From: Myxococcota bacterium
GTDB taxonomy: Bacteria > Myxococcota_A > SURF-8 > G963663525
NCBI GenBank assembly: GCA_963676915.2
Contig: CAXXVK010000010.1
Span: 1 to 64,000, forward strand
Direction: 5' to 3'
Length of the DNA: 64,000 nucleotides
Below the pieces are notes generated by a model that worked only from the letters and a program-made list of their open reading frames with translations, did no database searches and had not been told where the DNA came from. This document shows positions 41,820 through 52,334 of this stretch, piece by piece. Made by a program: the position numbers and the translations under genes. Each line of letters starts with the position of its first letter. Position 1 is the stretch's first letter.

Positions 41820-44485
41820 ATGACGCGTCACCAGAGATTGGCCGAGTTTGTCGTCGAGATCGGTATGGCGGAAGCCAAAGATGTCGAGAAGTGCATTCAG
41901 TCCAGCAACGGATCCGGTCAACATTTTGCCGAAATGATGATTCAACAAGGGCAGATCGACGAAAACGACCTAGCCCAGAACATCGCCTCCAATACCGGCT
42001 ATCCCCTGGTCAGTTTGCGGCACATGCGAATTCCGTCGTACATCGCAAAGATCTATCCTGCGGAAATTTCCAGAAAAAAACGCTTCATTCCCGTTTCGAT
42101 CAAGCGCGAAGGCGAAGAGGAAGTTCTCTACGTCGCGTTTTTCGATCCTACCGATGAAGAGATCATCGAACAGATCGAAGCCAAAACCGGCAAACGCGTC
42201 AAGCCGGTTGTCGCATCATTGACCCAAGTCCTCGAAGCGATCGAGCGCTATATCTGGCGTTGGAAACGAAGAAGTTCCTCCCAATTGAAAATCACGACGG
42301 GGAACAGGGCGGAAGCTACGAAAGAAACACCAGCTCCGGAACCTGAAAAAGGACCGGAACCCATCGCTGTCGAAGCCGTCGAAGAAGAATCGACCGAAAT
42401 TCTGATGCCGGAGATCCTTGAAGAGGAACCGGAAGAAATCGCGGCAGAAGAGGATGAAGAAACGACGGTGATGGATTCGTTCGACGAAGATTTCGATGAC
42501 ACCGACATCGATATCGGCACCGATAAAATTTCTACGGAGTTACTCAAAGAAGGCCGATGCATTGTTCGATCATCCGGTTGAGGATGACGAACAGAAATCC
42601 GATTTCGAGTTTTCTATCGATCAACATCGATTTAACGCTCAAAGAATCTGCCGATAAGTTGGATTCGGAAAAACCCACACCCGGGTTCTCGAATCACCCC
42701 GCCGAAGACCACGCTGGAGATGACCGCTCTTTCTTCGGAAGACGTCAATGAGGATGATTCTACAGTGGAAATGGAAGCGGAGTCGATTCAAGAACTTCCG
42801 GAAGGTGCCGAAGAATTCGTTTTTAACCCGGACGAAGTGGACCGAATGATTTCCGCGACGTCCTCCACACCTGCCGAAGACCTGGAGGTGGACACGTCTC
42901 CCGTCGAAACCATCGACGATGCCGATGAAGAAGCCACAACGGTAGATTCTTCCAGCGATCGAGGAAGTGGAAGAAGAAACCAACAACAATGGATCTTCCA
43001 TCCATCGAAGAGGTGGACGACGAAGATATTTCATTTGATTTCGATGCCGAAGATGAGGAAGAAACTGCAACGGTAGACCTTCCCGCCATCGAAGAAGTCG
43101 ACGGGAGAAGAAGCCGCCGAAGCTGCTCCCGCAGCGCGAGAATCGGTCACTATCGACCTTCCGTCCATCGAAGAAGTTGACGAGGAAGAAGTCGCCGACG
43201 CAGCTCCGGCAGAACGAGAATCGATTACTATCGACCTTCCGTCCATCGAAGAAGTTGACGAGGAAGAAGTCGCCGAAGCAGCTCCGGCAGAACGAGAATC
43301 GATTACTATCGACCTACCGTCTATTGAAGAAGCGGATGAGGACGAAGTGGTCGAGGCAGCTCCTGCAGAACGTGAATCGAATCACTATCGACCTACCGTC
43401 TATTGAAGAAGTTGACGAGGACGAAGCGGTCGAAGCGGCTCCGGCAGCGCGAGAATCGATCACTATCGATCTTCCGTTCCATTGAAGAAGAAGATGAGGA
43501 CGAAGCGGTCGAAGCCATTGAAGATACGGAAGTTTCTCCGGTAGAAGAGCCACCCGAATTGCCCGCGACCGGTGAAGAAGACCTGCTGGAGGATATCGAT
43601 GGAATTCTGGATCTCGCCGAAGCGGAACCTGCTCCGGGGGAACCGATGCTCGAATTCTCCGAACCAGCAGATGGTCCCGAAGAAATCGACCGATCCACTC
43701 CGCCACCCCCTCCAGTGCAGCATTCCGAGGAAGACCTTGTAGACGAAGTTCTGGCCGTCACCGGAGATGCTCCTCCCGAAGAGTTGGAAGAATGGTTCGA
43801 TTCCGAAGGGGAAACGCTGGACTACCATGCCGAAGGATCGATGGATAGTGGCGAGTACGAAGCTTCGGTGGAACAATCATTTGAAACCGCCTCTCAAAAA
43901 ACCACGTCCGAAATGACCATGCTCGACGATTCCGGCTCTCAACCGATTGTTGAGTTGTCTCAGGACGAGAAACCTTCCGGTGTCGAGGCTTTCGACGGTC
44001 TGGACGATAGCAACGATTGGCTCGGTTCATCCGACGCCGAGGAAGAAGATCGGGAAATCGACCCAGACCTTCCCGATGCGGATCTGGACGAACAATGGCT
44101 CCTGGATGCGGAAAAAGAATTGAACGAAGGGTTGAACGACGACGATTTGGAAGAAACTTTCGAAAGTTCGCGCGTTGAAACCAAGGATATGGCGTTGGAA
44201 TTGCCTGATTTCGACTCGGAACCTTCGGGCATTTCTATGGATCTCATGCAGTCCGATCCGAGTTCCATGAAAACCCTGCTCCATCTGGTTCACAAACTGG
44301 AAGACAAAGTCGAGATGCCACCGGAGGAGTTCATTTTCGATCTCGTGCACGGAACCCTTCCGGCACCGGATCAGCCTGACGACGCCGCCCTGCACGAAGA
44401 AGTTTCCTCCACCATGCGAACCATGATCCAGAACAATCAGATCATTCGCCAAGAACTGCTGCAAGAATTCTTCAAGCAGCGATAA
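41820..44485 (+). CDS. GSPII-N/MshEN-like domain protein with long acidic repeat region (frameshifted)
   Basis: QRLAEFVVEIG...HFAEMMIQQGQIDENDL...RFIPV...LYVAFFDP...IEAKTGKRVKPVVAS...IERY matches the PilB/GspE N-terminal domain. The acidic text continues through several frames to the stop at 44485. Confidence 0.7.
43070..43520 (+). repeat. Coding tandem repeat, 78-bp unit, ~6 copies (TIDLPSIEEVDEEEVAEAAPAERESI)
   Basis: Units start at 43070, 43149, 43227, 43305, 43384 and 43462; the two 79-bp spacings are +1 indels. Confidence 0.92.
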
Positions 44486-44537
44486 CCCCTCGGGTTTTCA
44501 GGAAAACTTAAACTTGGAATGGTTGTCAATTTACTCG

Positions 44538-44575
44538 AAATTCAGATCGGGTGAAGAATCACCCGACCTGAATTT
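44538..44575. repeat. REP-like hairpin between convergent genes
   Basis: AAATTCAG-A-TCGGGTGA-AGAA-TCACCCGA-C-CTGAATTT; same core as 3839 and 10601. Confidence 0.8.
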
Positions 44576-44589
44576 ACGGTAGTTTTGAA

Positions 44590-47145
44590 TTATCCCCAGG
44601 CAATCAAGCCCGGAATGAAGCGGGTAGCGATCAGATCGTGATCGGGGGTGATTCGCACCGTAAATCCGTTTTTACCGGTAACGACCAGCGGCACACGGCC
44701 TTCGTAGCGATAGCGTCCGCTACCCAGTTCCTTGACGATCGTCATCCCCAGGCTCTGGCCTTTTTCGATATCGCCCGAACTACCGATACCACCGTAAAAC
44801 AGCTCCACCCGAACGTCACCGGGCTGGATCTCTCCCAGATGAACCACGGCGGAAACGGCCAGTTCGTCACCGACTTTCAGCGACACCAGCTTTTCGGCGT
44901 TGACTTCCTCGACGTTGATCTGCACCCACTGCATGTACATCGACCGCCGCCAGCGGGCCAGTTCGCGTGCTGGTTCTCCGTTATCGGCCAGCAAGGCCGC
45001 TTTACGATTCATTCCAGGATGATAGCTGCGCAGGACGTAATCCTCGACCATGCGATGCGTATTGAACTGCCAACCCAAGGTCGCCATGGAACGCTTCATG
45101 CGTCGTATCCAGCCTCTGGGAATACCTTTTTTGCGGTCGTAGAAAAGCGGAACGATTTCATGCTCCAACAGGTTGAAAAGAGCCTGGCTTTCCACATGGT
45201 CGGCATAGTTGAGGTCTTCGTATTCCTCGCCGCGTCCGATGGCCCAGCCGTTGTCGCCGTTCCAGCCTTCCACCCACCAACCGTCGAGAATCGACAGGTT
45301 CAGGCCGCCATTGGCGATAACCTTCATTCCGCTCGTACCGCTGGCTTCGAGATTCCGACGAGGCGTATTGAGCCAGATATCGACGCCCTGAACGAGGTAA
45401 TGCGCCACGTTGGCATCGTAATCTTCAAGGAAAACCAAGCGGTTACGAACATCATCGCGCTGGGCGAAGCGTACGATCTGCTGAATCAGTTCTTTCCCCG
45501 CCACATCGTGCGGATGGGCTTTACCGGCAAAAATCAATTGCAGGGGACGCTCTTCATCGTTGAGCAGCCGCAGCAACCGCTCGATATCACTCAGAATCAG
45601 CGTTCCGCGCTTGTACGTCGCAAAACGTCTGGCGAATCCGATGGTCAGAACTTCCGGGTCCAGCACTTCGTCCGCCCGTGCGATTTCGGAAGGCGGCGCC
45701 CCACGAGATTTTAGCTGTGCAGACAAGCGCTTGCGGGAAAAAGCCACCAGACGTTCACGCCTCCGCTCATGGGTTCGCCACAATTCGGCATCCGGCACCG
45801 AATCCACCCGCGCCCAGACTTTTTCGTCTTCCGGTTCGTAACGCCAGTCACGCCCCAGGTAGCGATCAAGCAGCATCGACATGTCATAGGAAATCCAGGT
45901 CGGCAGGTGAATTCCGTTGGTGATGTGAAAAATCGGCAACTCGTTGACCGGCAGATCGGGCCAGATCCTCTGCCACATGGCGCGGCTGACTTCTCCATGA
46001 AGTTGGCTCACGCCATTGCAGGCTCCGGCCAGACGCAAGGCCAGCACGGTCATGCAAAAATTCTCGTTCGGATCGTGGGGATTCTGCTTGCCAAGCCCCA
46101 AGAACGTGTTCATATCGATACCGAGTTGATGAACGTACTCGCCGAAATAGGTTTCCATCAGCGGGTTGGGGAACACGTCGTTGCCCGCCGGAACGGGCGT
46201 GTGGGTGGTAAACGCATTGTTCGTGGCAACCACTTCGAGCGCTTCCGCGAAGTTCAGGGAATGCTCTCGCATGGCATAGCGAATCTGTTCGAGCGCTCCG
46301 AAAGCCGAATGCCCCTCGTTCATATGACAACAGTTGGGGTCGAAACCCAGTTCGCGTAAAAGCCGGTAACCACCGATACCTAACAACACTTCCTGCTTGA
46401 TACGCATTTCGTGATCGCCGCCGTACAGACGAGACGTAATCGCCCGATCTTCCTCGGAATTTTCCGGTATATTCGTATCGAGCAAATACAACACGACGCG
46501 CCCCACCTGGAGCTTCCACGCCTGGGCGCTCACCACTCGACCGGGGTAATCCAGCCGAATCAGCAAGGTGTTCCGGTCGGCATCTTTGACCACACGAATC
46601 GGCATGTGGGAGAAATCATTGTCGGGATACAACTCCTGCTGCCATCCGTCGGCCGTCAAATACTGGCGAAAATAGCCTTCCCGATACAACAGACCGACAC
46701 CCACCAGCGGCAATCCCAGATCCGATGCCGATTTGAGGTGATCCCCGGCGAGAACCCCCAGACCACCGGAATAAATCGGGACGCTCTCATGCAATCCGAA
46801 TTCCATGGAGAAATAGCCGATGCAATCGTTTTCGCGATCGGGAAAATTGGACACATACCAGGACCGGGAGGTCAGGTAAAAATCCAGATCCGATTCGACA
46901 CGATCCATATGGGACAGGAAACTTTCGTCCTCCAGCAGTTCCTTGAAACGATCCTGTTGCATCAGGCCGAGCATTTCGAGAGGATTGTGGTAGCACTCCT
47001 CCCATAGCTCCATATCGCAACGCATGAACAGCTCGGTGGCCTCGTGATTCCAGACCCACCACAGGTTGTGTGCGATTCTCAGCAACGGCTTGAGCCTGTC
47101 CGGCAAAGCGGGAGACACATTGAAAGTTCGGATATTTTTCATCAT
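44590..47145 (-). CDS. glgP: Alpha-glucan (glycogen) phosphorylase
   Basis: YFSMEFG, YSGGLGVLAGDHLKSASD, HMNEGH, FTTHTPVPAG, ARRFATYKR, EASGTSGMK (PLP Lys). Confidence 0.95.
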   Translation of the reverse strand: MMKNIRTFNVSPALPDRLKPLLRIAHNLWWVWNHEATELFMRCDMELWEECYHNPLEMLGLMQQDRFKELLEDESFLSHMDRVESDLDFYLTSRSWYVSNFPDRENDCIGYFSMEFGLHESVPIYSGGLGVLAGDHLKSASDLGLPLVGVGLLYREGYFRQYLTADGWQQELYPDNDFSHMPIRVVKDADRNTLLIRLDYPGRVVSAQAWKLQVGRVVLYLLDTNIPENSEEDRAITSRLYGGDHEMRIKQEVLLGIGGYRLLRELGFDPNCCHMNEGHSAFGALEQIRYAMREHSLNFAEALEVVATNNAFTTHTPVPAGNDVFPNPLMETYFGEYVHQLGIDMNTFLGLGKQNPHDPNENFCMTVLALRLAGACNGVSQLHGEVSRAMWQRIWPDLPVNELPIFHITNGIHLPTWISYDMSMLLDRYLGRDWRYEPEDEKVWARVDSVPDAELWRTHERRRERLVAFSRKRLSAQLKSRGAPPSEIARADEVLDPEVLTIGFARRFATYKRGTLILSDIERLLRLLNDEERPLQLIFAGKAHPHDVAGKELIQQIVRFAQRDDVRNRLVFLEDYDANVAHYLVQGVDIWLNTPRRNLEASGTSGMKVIANGGLNLSILDGWWVEGWNGDNGWAIGRGEEYEDLNYADHVESQALFNLLEHEIVPLFYDRKKGIPRGWIRRMKRSMATLGWQFNTHRMVEDYVLRSYHPGMNRKAALLADNGEPARELARWRRSMYMQWVQINVEEVNAEKLVSLKVGDELAVSAVVHLGEIQPGDVRVELFYGGIGSSGDIEKGQSLGMTIVKELGSGRYRYEGRVPLVVTGKNGFTVRITPDHDLIATRFIPGLIAWG

Positions 47146-47541
47146 CCAGCTCCTGGGGAATTCCCCCGTTGGGTGTTTGCATGTTCGTATCTAGTATTTA
47201 TAAGCGAAACGAAGAGGCATGGCAAGATGCATCCAACGAAGGAAAGCACCTTTTTTGTAACCGTGCCAAACGAAGCCAAGCATTGTGAAGAATGTAGCTT
47301 CTTGGTTTTGGGTGGCAGGTGGTTGGTCGCTGGTATCAAATTTCAACATTTTCCTATAAAAACAGCCATTTCCTCACATTTTCATCTCTTGAAAAAAACG
47401 AAAAACTACGCATAAGAGGCAATGAAAATCGTTGTTTTCGATGAATCAACGTTGTATGCTTTGCCAGGATTTAAATATCACCGAGGGACGAAAACGTGGA
47501 CTTTACAGCCCTCGATACTCATTTTTCGGGCGAATTGCACG

Positions 47542-48063
47542 ATGAAAATACGACACGCAGGAGGAGCCGTTTTCACGCTCGCCGCACTGGCGATGCTGGC
47601 TGCAATGACGTTTACCCGTGCCGGGGCAAGCGACGAAGAACCGTTTGTCGGTTCGAAAGTCTGCGGAGCCTGTCACCAGGCCCATTACGAAGCCTGGAAA
47701 AACGGCCCTCACGGGCACTCGATGGACAGCCTCGAAGGAGCGGAGCGGACCAATTCTCAATGCCTCGCCTGCCACGGCAATCCCGATTCACGCTACGATA
47801 AAACCGTTGGTTGCGAATCCTGCCACGGACCGGGGCGGTATTATTCGAAACCGTACATGATGCGTGACAAACCCGCCGCCGAAGCCGCCGGACTGCGTGT
47901 GGCCGATTACGGCAACTGCACGCTCTGTCATCGCCCGGAACATCCGATGATCCGTTCTTTCGACGCGAAAAAAGATTGGACGAAACTCCCCCACGCCGAA
48001 GTCAGCGCACTGCGGAAAAAAGGGAACGAAACGGATCAAAAAAAGACAAACAAGGCCGAATGA
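47542..48063 (+). CDS. Periplasmic tetraheme cytochrome c (c554/c552-like)
   Basis: Signal peptide; four CxxCH motifs (CGACH, CLACH, CESCH, CTLCH); VGCESCHGPG. Confidence 0.88.
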   Translation: MKIRHAGGAVFTLAALAMLAAMTFTRAGASDEEPFVGSKVCGACHQAHYEAWKNGPHGHSMDSLEGAERTNSQCLACHGNPDSRYDKTVGCESCHGPGRYYSKPYMMRDKPAAEAAGLRVADYGNCTLCHRPEHPMIRSFDAKKDWTKLPHAEVSALRKKGNETDQKKTNKAE

Positions 48064-48084
48064 CCCTTCAAGAAAGTAAACGCC

Positions 48085-49365
48085 ATGCCGAGGAAAAAAT
48101 CCAAAGTTGCCGTATTGCGAACGAGACCGCAAAGCGTTTTCAGTGATTACCACGAGTTGCTCAACCTCGCGGATTATCAGGACTATCTGGACAAAGCGGC
48201 GGACACCGCCCTGAAAATCAACATTTCCTGGCATTTTTTCTATCCGGCGACCTCCACGACACCCTGGCAACTCGAAGGCGTGATTCGCGCCATGAAGTCC
48301 GATGGGTTCGACCCGGATCTGATTCACGGCTGCCACAACCGAACCGTCGTCATCGACGCCCACCTGGGTGAACGTGAAAACAAGCTGCTCAAGCCGGTCG
48401 AAGATCACGGTCTGCGCAACGTTCACCTGTACGAAGGGGAAGAGTGGATCGATGTCCACGAGGCTGTGGGCGATCTTTCCAAAAAGTTCCTCGTTCTCAA
48501 CGATGTCTATCCCAAAGGGTTCTCCATACCGAAACGCTTTATCGGCGAGAACATCATCCACCTGCCGACCGTGAAAACCCACGTTTTCACCACCACCACC
48601 GGTGCGATGAAAAACGCTTTCGGCGGATTGCTCAACGAGCATCGTCACTGGACCCACCCGGTGATTCACGAAACGCTGGTGGACCTGCTGATGATCCAGA
48701 AGAAAATCCACTCCGGTCTGTTCGCCGTGATGGACGGCACATTTGCCGGAGACGGTCCCGGACCGCGCTGCATGGTGCCGTTCGTCAAAGACGTGATTTT
48801 AGCCAGTTCCGATCCGGTGGCCATCGATGCGGTGGCCGCGAAAATGATGGGCTTCAACCCGCTGAGCCTGAAATACCTGAAAATCGCCCACGACATGGAA
48901 CTTGGCAATGCCGATCTGCAAGACATCGAAATCGTTGGCGATACAAGCGTTGCCGCCGAAAACTGGCGCTTCGATGGCCCGATGAAAGACATCACCTTCG
49001 CCGCCCGAATGCAGCACCAGATTTACTGGGGACGCCTGAAAAAAGCGATCGAGTGGTCGTTGAAAACCTGGATGGCGCCGTGGGCCTACATCGCCAGCGT
49101 ATTGTACCACGACTGGTACTGGTATCCCACCAAAGGTTTGAAACGGCTCGACGAAGCCCTGCAAAGCGATTGGGGACGGCTGTTCCACAACTGGGAAAAA
49201 CTTACCCCCAACGAGCAGGGATTCCCCAGCATTCCGGCAGAGTACGCCAAGCTGGACCGAACGACCTTCAACCACATGGGCGACGCGGTAAAGGTGCTGG
49301 GAACGACCATCACCGAAGCCCCGGAAGTTGCCGCCCGAGTGCGCCGCAAACACATTGAGAAATAA
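48085..49365 (+). CDS. DUF362 domain protein
   Basis: LKINISW, TTPWQLEG, LPTVKTH, TGAMKNAFG, DG...GDGPGP, ASSDPVAIDAV. Confidence 0.85.
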   Translation: MPRKKSKVAVLRTRPQSVFSDYHELLNLADYQDYLDKAADTALKINISWHFFYPATSTTPWQLEGVIRAMKSDGFDPDLIHGCHNRTVVIDAHLGERENKLLKPVEDHGLRNVHLYEGEEWIDVHEAVGDLSKKFLVLNDVYPKGFSIPKRFIGENIIHLPTVKTHVFTTTTGAMKNAFGGLLNEHRHWTHPVIHETLVDLLMIQKKIHSGLFAVMDGTFAGDGPGPRCMVPFVKDVILASSDPVAIDAVAAKMMGFNPLSLKYLKIAHDMELGNADLQDIEIVGDTSVAAENWRFDGPMKDITFAARMQHQIYWGRLKKAIEWSLKTWMAPWAYIASVLYHDWYWYPTKGLKRLDEALQSDWGRLFHNWEKLTPNEQGFPSIPAEYAKLDRTTFNHMGDAVKVLGTTITEAPEVAARVRRKHIEK

Positions 49366-49383
49366 TTCAGATCTTTTGCATAG

Positions 49384-49426
49384 ACGCCAAAGGCCGAAAC
49401 GAAAACGTTTCGGCCTTTGGCGTTTT
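49384..49426 (+). terminator. Rho-independent terminator
   Basis: Perfect 18-bp stem ACGCCAAAGGCCGAAACG-AAAA-CGTTTCGGCCTTTGGCGT followed by TTT. Confidence 0.8.
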
Positions 49427-49498
49427 GTCGTGTTTTTGTGTGTTTCGTTCCTCTACTGATTCAACAACCAGCGGGAAATCACGATGCGCTGCCATCCA

Positions 49499-49650
49499 GA
49501 TGGAGCAGGATTGTATCCTGCTCCTCAGGCAATTGATAAACCCCACTTCGAACAATTTTATCGCCTGTAACTTATTGAAATTATTGAAGCTCAAAAACGA
49601 CAAAGCCACTTTGTCAGCAAGCTGAGACGGGGATACAATCCCCGTCCATC
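49499..49650. repeat. Composite element: inverted GATGG-type REPs flanking the ~100-bp MITE-like core
   Basis: GATGGAGCAGGATTGTATCCTGCTCC ... GACGGGGATACAATCCCCGTCCATC. Core 49524-49626 is bounded by CTCAG...CTGAG and is homologous to 3731-3818. Confidence 0.82.
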
Positions 49651-49702
49651 GGACAAGAACGATGTAATCGTAGAGATGGGTAAATCCAGAAAAATCAACT
49701 TG

Positions 49703-51493
49703 TTACGCAGATTCCGTGGTGTCTTCCTGCTTGGCTATCGGTAGTTCGATGGAAAACACGCTGCCGTGGCCCAGTTCGCTTTCGACCGAGATTTTTCCGT
49801 CGTGTGCTTGGGCGATGTGCTTGACGATGGCCAGCCCTAGTCCCGTACCGCCCATCGAACGGCTACGGGCTTTGTCTACCCGATAAAAGCGTTCGAACAG
49901 CCGGGGAAGGTGCTCTTTGGCGATCCCCGGACCCGCGTCTCGAATTCGAATGGCCAGCGTATCGGATGTTTCCTCGACGATGACGTGTACCTCGCTGTTT
50001 TCACCGCTGTATTTGATGGCGTTGTCCAATAGATTGATTACGGCCTGTGCGATGAGTGCGCCGTTGACATCGGCGGTAACTTTTTCGTCCACATCGGCAA
50101 GAATGCTGATGTTTTTCAACTCCGCCTTACGTTGGCAGATCAACACCGCCTCTTCGACGATATCCGCCAGGGAGGATTTGGATTTTCGCAACCCTTCTTT
50201 TTCAGAGTCGCTTTCGATACGCGAGAGGGTCAGCAGGTCTTCGATGATCGCCGACAGGCCGTTGGTCTGGCGTTCGATGATGGAAAGAAAACGCCGGGCG
50301 TTGGCTTCGTCGTCGAGGGCGCCGTCTTTCAGGGTTTCGACGAATCCTTTGATGGAGGTGATCGGCGTTTTTAATTCGTGGCTGACATTGGCGACGAAAT
50401 CCCGTCGAACCCGTTCGAGACGCTTGATTTTGGTAATGTCATTGAGTACCACAAGCGCACCGGTCTGGTTGCCCACCGAGTCGTGAATCGCGGTTCCCGT
50501 GATTTGCAGGTCGCGGGATTCGTCCCGGACGATCCGCAATTCACCTTCATGGATGCCATCGTCTCGAAGCGTTTTTTCGATGAAATCCCGTAAATCCCGA
50601 TTGGAGGTGATTTCCTCGATTCGCAGACTTTGCGCCGTTTCGCGGTCGATGCCGAAAAGGGTTTCTGCGGCGTGGTTGTACATGATGATCCGGCCTTCGG
50701 TATCCACGGCGAAGACGACTTCCACCATGCTGGACAACACGGCTTCCAACTCGTTGCGCTGCTTGGTGATGGTGCGAATGCGGTCATCGAGCTGACTGGC
50801 CATTTCGTTCATTTTCTGGGACAGGGCATTGAACTCGATGGTTCGAAATGGTGTGATCCGATATTCCAGGTTTCCCGACGCGAAATGCTGCACTCCCTGC
50901 TTCATTCCCTGGATCGGCTTGTTGATTCTGTGGGAAACGTAGAGGCTCAGTAGGGCCGCGAGAACGGCTACGATGAAACCGCCTCGGATCAACTGCCAGT
51001 TGATCGTGCTTAACGTCTGCCAGATTTCCGCCGTAGGCATCGAAACACGCACGACTCCCAGCAAACGCCCCTCGCGGGTCGAAGGCAACGCGACGTAAAG
51101 CATTTCCCGGTCCAGGGTATGGCTGAAGCGGGTGGATTCGCCGATTTTTCCATTCAGGGCTTGGATGATTTCCGGGCGTTGGGCGTGGTTTTCCATTTCT
51201 CCGGGTTGTTTTTCCGAGTCGGAAATCACGATGCCGCCGGGGAGAACGAGAGTGATGCGGGTGTCGATACGCTCGCTCAATTCTTTGCAAAGCCGGTCGG
51301 CTTCGGCAGGCGGAACCCTTTCGAAGAGGTCGAGTTGATCGATCAGGTGGGCGCGGGCTTCCAGATCCTTGGCCAGGGTTTCGTAATAGAAATCACTCAA
51401 CGCCTTCCAGGTGATCAATTCAATGGCCAGAATGGACAGAATGGAAACCAGAAGAAAGGTCGGAAACAGTTGCCAAAGCAGGCGGATGCGCAA
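49703..51493 (-). CDS. phoR: PhoR-like sensor histidine kinase (TM-periplasmic-TM-HAMP-PAS-HisKA-HATPase)
   Basis: ENHAQRPEI, RRDFVANVSHELKTPIT, NLLDNAIKYS, RLFERFYRVDKARSR, GGTGLGL. Likely TTG start after AAGGAG. Confidence 0.85.
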   Translation of the reverse strand: MRIRLLWQLFPTFLLVSILSILAIELITWKALSDFYYETLAKDLEARAHLIDQLDLFERVPPAEADRLCKELSERIDTRITLVLPGGIVISDSEKQPGEMENHAQRPEIIQALNGKIGESTRFSHTLDREMLYVALPSTREGRLLGVVRVSMPTAEIWQTLSTINWQLIRGGFIVAVLAALLSLYVSHRINKPIQGMKQGVQHFASGNLEYRITPFRTIEFNALSQKMNEMASQLDDRIRTITKQRNELEAVLSSMVEVVFAVDTEGRIIMYNHAAETLFGIDRETAQSLRIEEITSNRDLRDFIEKTLRDDGIHEGELRIVRDESRDLQITGTAIHDSVGNQTGALVVLNDITKIKRLERVRRDFVANVSHELKTPITSIKGFVETLKDGALDDEANARRFLSIIERQTNGLSAIIEDLLTLSRIESDSEKEGLRKSKSSLADIVEEAVLICQRKAELKNISILADVDEKVTADVNGALIAQAVINLLDNAIKYSGENSEVHVIVEETSDTLAIRIRDAGPGIAKEHLPRLFERFYRVDKARSRSMGGTGLGLAIVKHIAQAHDGKISVESELGHGSVFSIELPIAKQEDTTESA

Positions 51494-51494
51494 C

Positions 51495-52181
51495 TCAACT
51501 CTCCTTGAACCGGTAACCCACTCCACGCACGGTTTCAATCAACTCCCCGAATTCACCCAGTTTTTTACGTAATCCGACAACTTGTACATCGACGCTGCGG
51601 TCCGTTACGGGATAGTCCGTACCTTTGACGGTGTTGATGATCTGTTGCCGCGTATAAACGCGCCCCGGATTACGGGCAAGAAAATGCAGAATATTGAATT
51701 CGGAGGCGGTCAGCTTTGCCGGTTCGCCTTGGAGGTTGACTTCGAAACGGGAAGGATCGATGGTCAGTCCGTCAACGGAAATCTGCTCGTCTTCGCTGTA
51801 TCCGCCCCGGTTTTTCCGGCGCATCATCGCTTGAATACGCGCAACCAGTACTTTGGGACTGAAAGGTTTGACGACGTAATCGTCCGCACCCAGGGTCAGA
51901 CCTTTCACGATATCGCCGTCCTCGCCTTTGGCGGTCAGCATAATGATCGGAATTTCCCTTGTTTTTTCGTTGCGGCGCAGAATGCGGCAGACTTCGAGTC
52001 CGTCCAGACCGGGAAGCATCAGGTCGAGCAGAATCAGATCGGGTTGAAACTCGAATGTTCGGCTGATCGCCTGTTCTCCGGAAAGAACGCAATCGATTTC
52101 GCAGCCTTCCTTCGTCAGATTGTAGCGAAGTAGTTCGAGAATATCTTCTTCGTCGTCCACGGCAAGGATCTTGTAGTTCAT
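51495..52181 (-). CDS. phoB: OmpR/PhoB-family response regulator
   Basis: VDDE, LLDLMLPG, MLTAK, GADDYVVKPF, DRSVDV, ETVRGVGY. Confidence 0.88.
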   Translation of the reverse strand: MNYKILAVDDEEDILELLRYNLTKEGCEIDCVLSGEQAISRTFEFQPDLILLDLMLPGLDGLEVCRILRRNEKTREIPIIMLTAKGEDGDIVKGLTLGADDYVVKPFSPKVLVARIQAMMRRKNRGGYSEDEQISVDGLTIDPSRFEVNLQGEPAKLTASEFNILHFLARNPGRVYTRQQIINTVKGTDYPVTDRSVDVQVVGLRKKLGEFGELIETVRGVGYRFKES

Positions 52182-52334
52182 CCGAAAACCTCGTTGAAAG
52201 TCGGACCTTGTTGCCTCACGGTATTACCTTAAATTCCGATGATTGTATGTTAGGACTTCATGAAAAGCAACGCTGTTTCAATTTAGCGGAGAGAAGATCG
52301 AAACAAATTCATGGGTTTTCGTTGCGAATTGGCG

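Noticed and set aside
43070-43520. Regularly spaced repeats resembling a CRISPR array
   Set aside because: The whole 78-bp unit repeats with no unique spacers, it is a multiple of 3 and reads as acidic protein, and no cas genes are present.
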